Assembly: GCA_027491915.1 (NCBI GenBank)
Contig: JAOZGC010000002.1
Coordinates: forward strand, 512,001 to 576,000
Source of the DNA: Thermoproteota archaeon
Lineage (GTDB): Archaea > Korarchaeota > Korarchaeia > Korarchaeales > Korarchaeaceae
Direction: 5' to 3'
Length of the DNA stretch: 64,000 bases
In this document: piece by piece, positions 46,417 through 54,071 of the stretch
Numbering within the stretch: the first letter of the stretch is position 1
Layout of the letters: every line of letters begins with the position of its first letter
Made by a program: the position numbers and the translations under genes
The notes under the pieces: generated by a model
Seen by the model: only the letters and a program-made list of their open reading frames with translations
The model's database searches: none
What the model was told of the DNA's origin: nothing

Positions 46417-47346
46417 ATGAGGCCGGCCCCCATACTGACCTTCAATCCCCGGGGGGATCTTGAGGTGTCGATCCGCCCGGTGGAGGATCCCGAGGACTTC
46501 CACGAGATAGTGAGGGTCCAGCTGGACGCCTGGGACATGCAGGACCCGACCGAGGCCACCCCCTTCCACGTGCTCACCGCCATGGCCAGGAACGGCGGCA
46601 TAGTCCTCGGCGCATACCTCGAGCCCGAGGGGAGGATGGTGGGGGCGGTGTTCGGCTTCCTCGGGAGGGAGGGCGGGAGGAGGGGCCGGATCTACCACTA
46701 CTCCCACCAGGCCGGCGTGATCAGGGAGTTCCAGGGGATGGGGATAGGCCTGGCCCTGAAGCTGGCCCAGAGGGAGGTGGCCCTCTCCCAGGGCCTGGAC
46801 CTGATGAGGTGGACCTTCGACCCGATCCAGGGGGTTAACGCCAGGTTCAACCTGTCCAAGCTGGGGGTCGTCGTCAGGGTGTACAAGAGGAACTACTACG
46901 GGATCATGAGGGACAGGCTCAACCAGGGCCTGAGGACCGACAGGTTCGTGGCCGAGTGGTACCTGGAGAGCCCGAGGGTCAGGCGCAGGATAGAGGGGAG
47001 GCACGTCACCCCCCCTCCCAGGGCGCTGTTGGAGGCCGGGGCCGGCCTCGCCCTGGAGACCGAGGGGGAGGGTCCCCTCAGGCGGCCGGTCTCCGTGAAC
47101 CCGGACCTGGACTCAGAGGTGGTGCTGGTCGAGATCCCCTGGGACCACAGGGCGACCAGGGAGGCGGGAGGCCCGGGGCTGCTGGCGGCCTGGAGGGACG
47201 CCACGGCCGAGGCCTTCGAGTCCTACTTCTCCAGGGGGTACGTGGACGTGGACCACTGCCTGGACGGGGGAGAGAGGAGGAGCTTCCACGTCCTCTGGAG
47301 GAGGCCGCTGGAGGAGATCCTCTCCGGGGAGGAGGTCCCCCGCTGA
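46417..47346 (+). CDS. GNAT acetyltransferase (WTFDP/NARFN subfamily)
   Basis: YSH.AGV..FQG.GIG..LK.AQR, WTFDP, NARFN..KLG, TDRFVAEW. Confidence 0.85.
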   Translation: MRPAPILTFNPRGDLEVSIRPVEDPEDFHEIVRVQLDAWDMQDPTEATPFHVLTAMARNGGIVLGAYLEPEGRMVGAVFGFLGREGGRRGRIYHYSHQAGVIREFQGMGIGLALKLAQREVALSQGLDLMRWTFDPIQGVNARFNLSKLGVVVRVYKRNYYGIMRDRLNQGLRTDRFVAEWYLESPRVRRRIEGRHVTPPPRALLEAGAGLALETEGEGPLRRPVSVNPDLDSEVVLVEIPWDHRATREAGGPGLLAAWRDATAEAFESYFSRGYVDVDHCLDGGERRSFHVLWRRPLEEILSGEEVPR

Positions 47347-47398
47347 CCGGCGCCGGCTGGCGCCGACTTTTTTACCGGCCGGTCCGGGGCCGGACCCG

Positions 47399-47788
47399 AT
47401 GTACGCCCTGGCGGTGAACTTCTCCTCCCCCAGGGAGTGGAGGGAGGCGGTCTCCAGGTTCGCCGAGGAGCTGGAGTCCAGGCTCGGCCCCAGGCTCAGG
47501 ATGGTGGTGGCCCTCCCCTCCCCGGGCGACTCCCTCTACGACTCCAACGTGCTGGTGGTCCTGTCCGGTCGAGTCGCCCCGGGGGACTACCGGGCGGTCA
47601 GGGAGGCCGCCCCGGAGGGATCCGGGATCAACCCCCTGGTGGTCCCGGAGGGGGACGAGGCCGCGGTGGAGGCCTTCGAGCTGGCCGGCGGGTTTCCCTT
47701 TCCCGGTAGATCCGGGCGGGGGAGTCGATCCGCCCGAGGTGGTTCGGAGGAGGGGCGCCGTGGACGGGCGGAGGCCTCTGCTGGATAA
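47399..47788 (+). CDS. Divergent MNT-like protein
   Basis: MNT-like layout (helix, LRMVVAL, YDSNVLVVL, INPLVV); directly upstream of a HEPN gene. Confidence 0.55.
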   Translation: MYALAVNFSSPREWREAVSRFAEELESRLGPRLRMVVALPSPGDSLYDSNVLVVLSGRVAPGDYRAVREAAPEGSGINPLVVPEGDEAAVEAFELAGGFPFPGRSGRGSRSARGGSEEGRRGRAEASAG

Positions 47789-48149
47789 GTCGGCCTCCCT
47801 GCTGAGGGAGGCCGAGGTAGACTTGAAGGTGGGCTGCTTCAACAAGGCCGTCTCCGCCGCCTACTTCTCGGTCAGAATGGCCGCCGAGGCCTTCCTCCTC
47901 GGGATGAGGACCAAGAAGGACGACAAGATAGCCAGGGGGTTGAAGCGGCTCTTAACCCCCATCCTGGGTGGGGAGGGGGCCGAGGAGGTCAGGCTGAGCT
48001 TCCTCCAGCTCTTCGACATGAGGAAGGCGGCCGACCACAGACCCACCAAGATGACAAGAGAGGACGCAGAGTTCGCCGTCGGGAGGGCCAGGGAGCTCCG
48101 GGCCGCCATCCTCGAGGCTGCGCGCCGACCGGCACCCGGAGGTGGCTGA
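47760..48149 (+). CDS. HEPN domain protein
   Basis: FNKAVSAAYFS, RKAADH (Rx4H), REDAE; GGAGG before GTG 47760. Confidence 0.8.
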   Translation: MDGRRPLLDKSASLLREAEVDLKVGCFNKAVSAAYFSVRMAAEAFLLGMRTKKDDKIARGLKRLLTPILGGEGAEEVRLSFLQLFDMRKAADHRPTKMTREDAEFAVGRARELRAAILEAARRPAPGGG

Positions 48150-48224
48150 GGCGACCGATCGACCCGACCGAACCCGGCCCGGACCTCCTCAACGTTTTAT
48201 TTGGGGAGGGGGGCCTTTCCCCCG

Positions 48225-48680
48225 GTGCGGGACTGGTCCTGGCTCCTGGAGGGGCTGCGGGAGGAGTTCGGGGAGGGCCTGATCTCCGTCGCCATCTACG
48301 GCTCGGTGGCGCGGGGGGAGGAGGACGAGGGGAGCGACTTGGACGTGCTCGTCGTCGCCGAAGATCTGCCCCCCGACCCGTCCGAGAGGCTGAGGATCTC
48401 CGGCCGACTGGCCAGGACGGTCAGGCCCCCCCCGGGGACCCCCAGGCCCCTGTCCACCGTGCTGCTCACCCCCGGGGAGACCGAGCGGAACCCCCCCATA
48501 CTCCTAGACCTGGTGGAGGACGCCCTCATACTGTACGACAGGGGAGGGTTCCTCTCCCGGGTCCTCGAGAGGATCCGCGAGAGGCTCAGGGAGCTCGGGG
48601 CCAGGAGGGTCAAGACCGATCGCGGCTGGTACTGGATCCTCAAGCCGGACGCGGAGTTCGGGGAGGTGGTCAGGATCTGA
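48225..48680 (+). CDS. MNT nucleotidyltransferase antitoxin
   Basis: IYGSVARGE...SDLDVLVV, ILYDRGG, WYWILKP. Confidence 0.9.
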   Translation: MRDWSWLLEGLREEFGEGLISVAIYGSVARGEEDEGSDLDVLVVAEDLPPDPSERLRISGRLARTVRPPPGTPRPLSTVLLTPGETERNPPILLDLVEDALILYDRGGFLSRVLERIRERLRELGARRVKTDRGWYWILKPDAEFGEVVRI

Positions 48681-48691
48681 TAAACCTCGAG

Positions 48692-49120
48692 ATGGCCGCC
48701 GATTACCTCAGGAGGTCTCTCTCTTGCTTGGATGAGGCTAGATCGGCCCTCGCCCGGGGGGATCCGGCCCTCTGCATAAGGAGGTCTCAGGAATCCGTGG
48801 AGCTGGCCGCGAAAGCCCTCCTGAGGGCGGCCTCGGTGGAATACCCCCGGAGGCACGACGTCAGCGACGCCCTCTTGGAGGCCGCCCCCAGGCTGCCGGG
48901 CCGGGTGAGAGGCCGGGTGCGGGAGCTGGCCGACCTGGTGTCGGAGCTGGCAGCCGTCAGGGGCCCGGCCATGTACGGCTATGAGGATCGCGGGATACCG
49001 GCCTCGAGGGCGTTCTCCAACTCCTACGCGGACGAGGTGCTGGCCAGGACGACCACCGCCGTCCGGACCATCGAGGAGGTCCTGGTTCCGAGGCTGAGGG
49101 ATGCCGGATGCTGGCCGTAG
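48692..49120 (+). CDS. HEPN domain protein
   Basis: SQESVELAAKA.L, EYPRRHDV, RGPAMYG. Confidence 0.88.
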   Translation: MAADYLRRSLSCLDEARSALARGDPALCIRRSQESVELAAKALLRAASVEYPRRHDVSDALLEAAPRLPGRVRGRVRELADLVSELAAVRGPAMYGYEDRGIPASRAFSNSYADEVLARTTTAVRTIEEVLVPRLRDAGCWP

Positions 49121-50145
49121 CCCGCCCCGCCGACGGCACTCCCCACGGGGCCCGGACCGCCCCGACCCTCCCCGAGGGGCCGCCGGGGGATCGCGCCCGA
49201 GACCCCCCCGGGCGCGGGACGGGTCCGCCCCGGGCGCCCGCCCAGGGGTCCCCGCCCGAACCCCGATCAGGCCGCCCGGCGCGGGGCCGACCCTCAAATC
49301 AGGGCGCCCCGGGGCGCCGGGCGGTTCGGGTCTACAGGGTCACGGCCAAGAGGATCTTCACCCCGACCAGGATACCGGGGGCCAGATTCGTCGTCAACCA
49401 ATACGTCGGCTGCGAGCACGCCTGCTCCTACTGCTACGCCCGCTTCACCTGCAGGTGGAGGCGGGACAGGGGTCCCTGGGGGACCTGGGTTGAGGCCAAG
49501 GTCAACGCCCCGGACCTCGTCAGGGGCAGGCCGGTCAGGGGAAGGGTGGTGATGTCCAGCGTCTCCGACGCGTACCAGCCGGTCGAGAGGGAGCTGGAGC
49601 TTACGAGGCGCGTGCTCGAGGCCATGGACAGGGCGGTGGAGCTCTCCATACTGACGAAGTCGGACCTGGTGCTGAGGGACGTCGACCTCCTGTCGGAGTT
49701 CCCCCGCCTGGAGGTGGGGCTCACCGTCAACGGCCTGGAGGGGAGGGCGGCTCGGCTGCTGGAGCCCCTGGCTCCGGGACACGGCAGGAGGGTGGAGGCC
49801 CTGGAGGGGCTGAGGGCGGCCGGGCTGAGGACCTTCGCCTTCGTCAGCCCGGTGATACCGGGCCTGGTGGATCCGGCGGCCGTCATGGAGGAGGTGGCCC
49901 CCCTGGTCGACTTCTTCTACGTGGAGTTCATCAACGCCCGGGCCGCCGGGTCGGGGTTCCGCCGCATCCTGACGAGGGAGTTCCCGGAGAGCGCCGAGGT
50001 GGTCTACGACGGGTTCAGGTTTCGGGAGTACGTCCGGAGGACCGCGGCCGAGGTTAGGGGGACCGGGCTGATGGTCAGGGAGGTCGTGACCCACCTCCGC
50101 GGCCGGAGGGGCGGCGGGAGACAGACCTCCCTCCCGCTGGGCTGA
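49108..50145 (+). CDS. Radical SAM protein (SPL family); start uncertain, conserved part begins near 49324
   Basis: NQYVGCEHACSYCYA, SSVSDAYQP.E, ILTKS. Confidence 0.85.
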   Translation: MLAVARPADGTPHGARTAPTLPEGPPGDRARDPPGRGTGPPRAPAQGSPPEPRSGRPARGRPSNQGAPGRRAVRVYRVTAKRIFTPTRIPGARFVVNQYVGCEHACSYCYARFTCRWRRDRGPWGTWVEAKVNAPDLVRGRPVRGRVVMSSVSDAYQPVERELELTRRVLEAMDRAVELSILTKSDLVLRDVDLLSEFPRLEVGLTVNGLEGRAARLLEPLAPGHGRRVEALEGLRAAGLRTFAFVSPVIPGLVDPAAVMEEVAPLVDFFYVEFINARAAGSGFRRILTREFPESAEVVYDGFRFREYVRRTAAEVRGTGLMVREVVTHLRGRRGGGRQTSLPLG

Positions 50146-50196
50146 CCGGCCGAGGCGGACCGGTGGGTTTAAGGGCCGGGGAGGGGCGGCGGACCC

Positions 50197-50382
50197 GTGG
50201 AACTCAGGGACCTGGCCGCTCTGGTCGCGGCGGTGGTCCTGGCCTACGTGCTGTGGAGGGTGATCTGGCTCCTGCTGAAGCTGGCGGTCTTCGCCGCCCT
50301 GGTGCTGGTCATGTTCTTTCTGGTGAGGTCCCTCCTCTCCGGGAGAGGGCCGGGCCCCGGTCCGGGGGCTCCCCCAGCCTGA
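50197..50382 (+). CDS. Small membrane protein
   Basis: Two hydrophobic helices; TTTAA box about 28 bp upstream. Confidence 0.55.
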   Translation: MELRDLAALVAAVVLAYVLWRVIWLLLKLAVFAALVLVMFFLVRSLLSGRGPGPGPGAPPA

Positions 50383-50424
50383 GCCGGGGCGCCAATTTTT
50401 AACTCTCCCCGCGGCGCCCGGCCG

Positions 50425-51126
50425 ATGACCGAGAGGACCGACAGGGACCCCAGGATAGCCGCCGCCGAGCTCATGACGGCGGGCCTGGAGGCCTCTCTGA
50501 GCTCTCTCCCGCGGCCGGCGGCCAGGGAAACGTCGAACCTGGCCCGGGGGCTCAGGTCCTCCGCCGCGGCCCTGAGGTACTCCTTCCTCTCCTCCCGAGA
50601 GGCGGACGACCAGGGGCTCCTCGATCCGCTGGTGGCCGGCGGGAGGAGGCTCCTGGAGGTTTGGAGGGGGCTGGCCGGGAGGGGGCCGTCTCCCTCCGTC
50701 CCGGCGGCCTGGCTCAGGGCCGCGGGACTGACCCTCTCCACGCTCAGGCGCAGGATGCTGGAGGGGGAGCCGACCTTCGCCTGGGCCGTCCCGTCGATGC
50801 GGGCCGCCGTGAAGGCGGCGATCCCGTCCGGCGGGCTGACGGCCCTGGACCTGGACGTCCGGGGAGAGAGGTTCTCCGTGGTGACCAGCCTGCCCGGGGT
50901 GGGGAGGGGGGACGTGGTGGCCTTCGCCATCCTGCCGCCCAGGAAGTTCGGCTCCGTCGTCAGCGAGGGGATGCTGGTGGAGGCCCGCCCCGCCGGGGGC
51001 GGGGAGGGAGGGGAGGCCGAGGGGGAGGGAGAGCCGGGGGAGCCGGCCCTTCCCGTCGGGAGGTCGGTCGGTGAGGTGGAGGCCGCCCTGAGGGCGGAGG
51101 CCGCGAGGCTCGGGGTCAGGATATGA
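50425..51126 (+). CDS. Predicted tRNA-binding protein with C-terminal OB/EMAP domain
   Basis: DPRI N-terminus; VVT.L..V..G..VA.A.LPPRKFG.VVSEGM. Confidence 0.7.
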   Translation: MTERTDRDPRIAAAELMTAGLEASLSSLPRPAARETSNLARGLRSSAAALRYSFLSSREADDQGLLDPLVAGGRRLLEVWRGLAGRGPSPSVPAAWLRAAGLTLSTLRRRMLEGEPTFAWAVPSMRAAVKAAIPSGGLTALDLDVRGERFSVVTSLPGVGRGDVVAFAILPPRKFGSVVSEGMLVEARPAGGGEGGEAEGEGEPGEPALPVGRSVGEVEAALRAEAARLGVRI

Positions 51127-51191
51127 CCGGCCGACCGCCGCGCCCCCGCCCGGCTCGCGGGTTTAAATGGGGGGGCTCCCCGGGGCCCCGG

Positions 51192-51613
51192 ATGGGGGCG
51201 AGGTTCGAGTCCCTGCTGAGGGAGATGTCCGAGGTCCTGAGGTTCGCCGGGAGCTGGTGGGGGTGGAGGAGGGGGAGTTCCTCAGGGACGCCAAGGCCAG
51301 GTACGCCCTCAGGATGGCGCTGGTCGAGGCGGTGGAGTCCGCCTCCGGGCTCGCCCTGGAGATCCTGAGGGTCAGGGGGAGGGTGGCGGGGGCTGAGGAG
51401 TATCCCCGGCTGTTCAGGCTCTTGGGGGAGGAGGGAGTCATCTCACCCGAGGCGGCCTCCGGCATGGTCAGGCTGGCGAGGCTCAGGAACCCCATAGTCC
51501 GCGGGTATTGGGAGGTGGACGACCTGAGGATCTACAGGGAGGCCAGGTCGGGCGGCCTCGAGCTCTTGAGGAGGTTCCTCTCGGAGGTGATGGAGGCTGC
51601 CCCTGGAGGTTGA
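51192..51613 (+). pseudogene. Frameshifted HepT/DUF86 RNase toxin
   Basis: ATG 51192 frame (MGARFESLLREM) must shift near 51250 to join ELVG..; motif reads RNPIVRGY instead of RNxxVHxY. Confidence 0.65.
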
Positions 51614-52034
51614 GTCGGCCGAGAGGTTCAGGTTCCGGAGGATCTCGGGGGACGAGAGGGATAGGGTCATCGGCAGGCTCAGGGAGATCCTGGAATCCAG
51701 GCGGGAGGTGGGGCTGGCGGTCCTGCACGGCTCCCTCCTCCGAGGAGGCCCCTTCAGGGACGTGGACGTGGCCGTCTACGTCCTAGGGCGGGTCGACCCG
51801 CTGGACTACAAGCATGGGCATGGACGAGCTCCTGTCCTCCGAGGTGGGGCTGCCGGTGGACGTCCACGTGCTGAACGCGGCCCCCCGAGATTCGTCCTGG
51901 AGGCCCTGGGGCGGGGGCTCATCCTGGTGGACAGGGGGCCTCCCCCGGGGGCCCTGATCCTGGCGGCCGTCGACTCGCTGTGGCTCGGCCGGTGGCTGGG
52001 CGGGGACCGGGGAGCCTCACCTCGGGATCCTTGA
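51610..52034 (+). pseudogene. MntA-type nucleotidyltransferase with internal frameshifts
   Basis: LHGSLL..FRDVDVAV in one frame; LSSEVGLPVDVHVLN in another (about 51820-51885). Confidence 0.6.
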
Positions 52035-53091
52035 GCCCGCTCCCGGTCAGCACCAGGACCGCCTCCTCCTCGGCCGACAGGATCCCCTCCTCCAGGGCCC
52101 TCCTGTACCCGGCCAGGGCGGCCGCCGAGGCGGTCTCGACGAAGAGCCCCTCCCTCCTGGCCAGCTCCAGCCTGGCGCGGTCTATCTCCCAGTCAGACAC
52201 GGCCAGGATCGTCCCCCCCGACTCCCTGACGGCCCTGACGGCCTTCGGCCAGTTCACGGGCCTCCCTATCCTTATGGCCGAGGCCACCGTCTCCGGCTCC
52301 CCCACGGGGTCCAGCCTCCCGGTCTCCATGGCCCGGACCAGGGGGGCGGCCCCCGCGGCCTGGACCCCCACCATCCTCGGCGTCCCGTCCACCAGCCCCA
52401 GCCCCGCCAGCTCCCTGAACCCCTTCCATATGGCGCTTATGTTCCCGGCGTTCCCGACGGGGACCACCACGGCGTCGGGGGCGCGCCCCAGCTGGACCAC
52501 CAGCTCGTAGGCCAGGGTCTTCTGCCCCTCCAGCCTGTATGGGTTGACCGAGTTCATTAGGTAGGCTCCCCCCCGGGCCGCGGCCAGGGCGGCGTCCAGC
52601 GCGTCGTCGAAGTACCCGTCCACCTCCTCCACCGATGCGCCGTGGGCGACCAGCTGGGCCACCTTGCCCGGCGCCACCTTCCCCCTGGGCACGATCACCC
52701 TGGCCTCCAGCCCGGCCCTGGCGCAGTAGGCCGCCATGGAGGCGGCGGTGTTCCCGGTGGAGGCGCAGACCGCCTCCCCGCACCTCAGATCCAGGGCGTG
52801 GGAGACGGCCACGGCCATCCCCCTGTCCTTGAACGAGCCCGTGGGGTTCGACCCCTCATACTTCAGCCAGGCCCCGGACCTCCCCCTGACCAGCGGCGTC
52901 CACCCCTCGCCGAGGCTCACCCTCTCCCGGACCGGGAGGGCCCCGGAGAAGGACCAGATGCTCTCCCCCCTCTCCAGCCTGATCTCGAGGCGGTCGTACT
53001 CCACCTCCAGGAGGCCCCCGCAGCTGGGGCACCTGTAGGCGAACCCCTCCACGACCCGACCGCACTCGACGCACCTGAGCCAGGTCCTCAA
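51919..53091 (-). CDS. thrC: Threonine synthase
   Basis: NPTGSFKDRG, ASTGNT, VPVGNAGN, LTGSGLKD. Confidence 0.95.
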   Translation of the reverse strand: MRTWLRCVECGRVVEGFAYRCPSCGGLLEVEYDRLEIRLERGESIWSFSGALPVRERVSLGEGWTPLVRGRSGAWLKYEGSNPTGSFKDRGMAVAVSHALDLRCGEAVCASTGNTAASMAAYCARAGLEARVIVPRGKVAPGKVAQLVAHGASVEEVDGYFDDALDAALAAARGGAYLMNSVNPYRLEGQKTLAYELVVQLGRAPDAVVVPVGNAGNISAIWKGFRELAGLGLVDGTPRMVGVQAAGAAPLVRAMETGRLDPVGEPETVASAIRIGRPVNWPKAVRAVRESGGTILAVSDWEIDRARLELARREGLFVETASAAALAGYRRALEEGILSAEEEAVLVLTGSGLKDPEVRLPGPRPATGRATASRRPPGSGPPGEAPCPPG

Positions 53092-53984
53092 CCCACCACC
53101 TCCGCCCCGCCCGCCGGCCTGGTCAGGGTCGGCCTGACCCGGAGCCCCGCCCTCCAGAAGGCCTCCACCACCGCCCGGGAGACCCTACCCTCGGAGCCGG
53201 GCTCGACCAGGGCGAAGGTGGAGGGGCCGGCGCCGCATATGTTGAAGCCGGACGCCCCGGCCGCCAGCGCGGCCTCCTTGGCCTCCCCATACCCCGGGAT
53301 GGTACCGGCCCTGAAGGGCTCCGCCAGGTTGTCCGATAGAACCCTCCCCATGACGTCCGCCCTCCCCAGCCCGGCGGCGGCCACCAGGACCGCGGCCCTG
53401 GAGAGGTTCTCCACGGCCTCCCTGAATCCGACGGACCGGGGCAGGATCTCCCTGGCCGCCCTGGTCTTCCCCTCCCCGCCGGGGGCCTCCGGGACGAACA
53501 CAAGGAGCCTGAGGTCCTCCGGCGGGTCCACCCTGAGCACCACCCGGTCGGACGGGGAGACGACAGTCATCCCGCCCAGCAGGCTGGCCGAGACGTTGTC
53601 GTAGTGGAGCGCCCCGGACCCCGCCAGCTCCCCCTCGGCCGCCAGCCTGACGGCCTCCCACTCCTCCAGCCCTATGCCCAGCAGCCGATCCACCGCGGCC
53701 ACGGCCGCGGCGGCGCTGGCCCCGCTGCTCCCGAGCCCCAGCCCCGGTGGGATCCCCTTCTCCAGGACCACCCTGACGCCCGACCCCGGGGCGTACTCCC
53801 TCAGGACCCTCAGGGCCGCGGCGCCGGCCGAGTTCCTCTCGGGATCGCTCGGGACGTCCCCGCGGGCGAAGAACTCGAAGTCCCACGACCTGGACGCGAC
53901 CACCCTGTCCCACGCCAGGTCCACCGCCAGGGCGACGGAGTCGAATCCCGGGCCCACGTTGGCCACGGAGGCCGGGGCCCTCAC
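53088..53984 (-). CDS. thrB: Homoserine kinase
   Basis: APASVANVGPGFD, PPGLGLGSSGA, HYDNV, GAGPS. Confidence 0.95.
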   Translation of the reverse strand: MRAPASVANVGPGFDSVALAVDLAWDRVVASRSWDFEFFARGDVPSDPERNSAGAAALRVLREYAPGSGVRVVLEKGIPPGLGLGSSGASAAAAVAAVDRLLGIGLEEWEAVRLAAEGELAGSGALHYDNVSASLLGGMTVVSPSDRVVLRVDPPEDLRLLVFVPEAPGGEGKTRAAREILPRSVGFREAVENLSRAAVLVAAAGLGRADVMGRVLSDNLAEPFRAGTIPGYGEAKEAALAAGASGFNICGAGPSTFALVEPGSEGRVSRAVVEAFWRAGLRVRPTLTRPAGGAEVVG

Positions 53985-54071
53985 CGCCAGGTTTGGCGCA
54001 CGCTCTCACCGCCGACCCGGCTGGCAGGGGTCAATATAACCGTTTCCTCCGGCGCCGATTCCGCCTGATCC

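Noticed and set aside
49120-49320. Extremely GC-rich stretch that folds into stems; considered as SRP, RNase P or 5S RNA
   Set aside because: No conserved cores of those RNAs on either strand; folding is expected at this GC content
51200-51215. GGTTCGAGTCC, resembling a tRNA T-arm
   Set aside because: Inside a coding frame; no acceptor stem, D arm or anticodon arm
51919-52034. Long convergent 3' overlaps (also 11810-11846, 28303-28364, 45405-45476) as antisense regulation
   Set aside because: Low-complexity C-terminal tails are consistent with stop-codon drift in a compact high-GC genome
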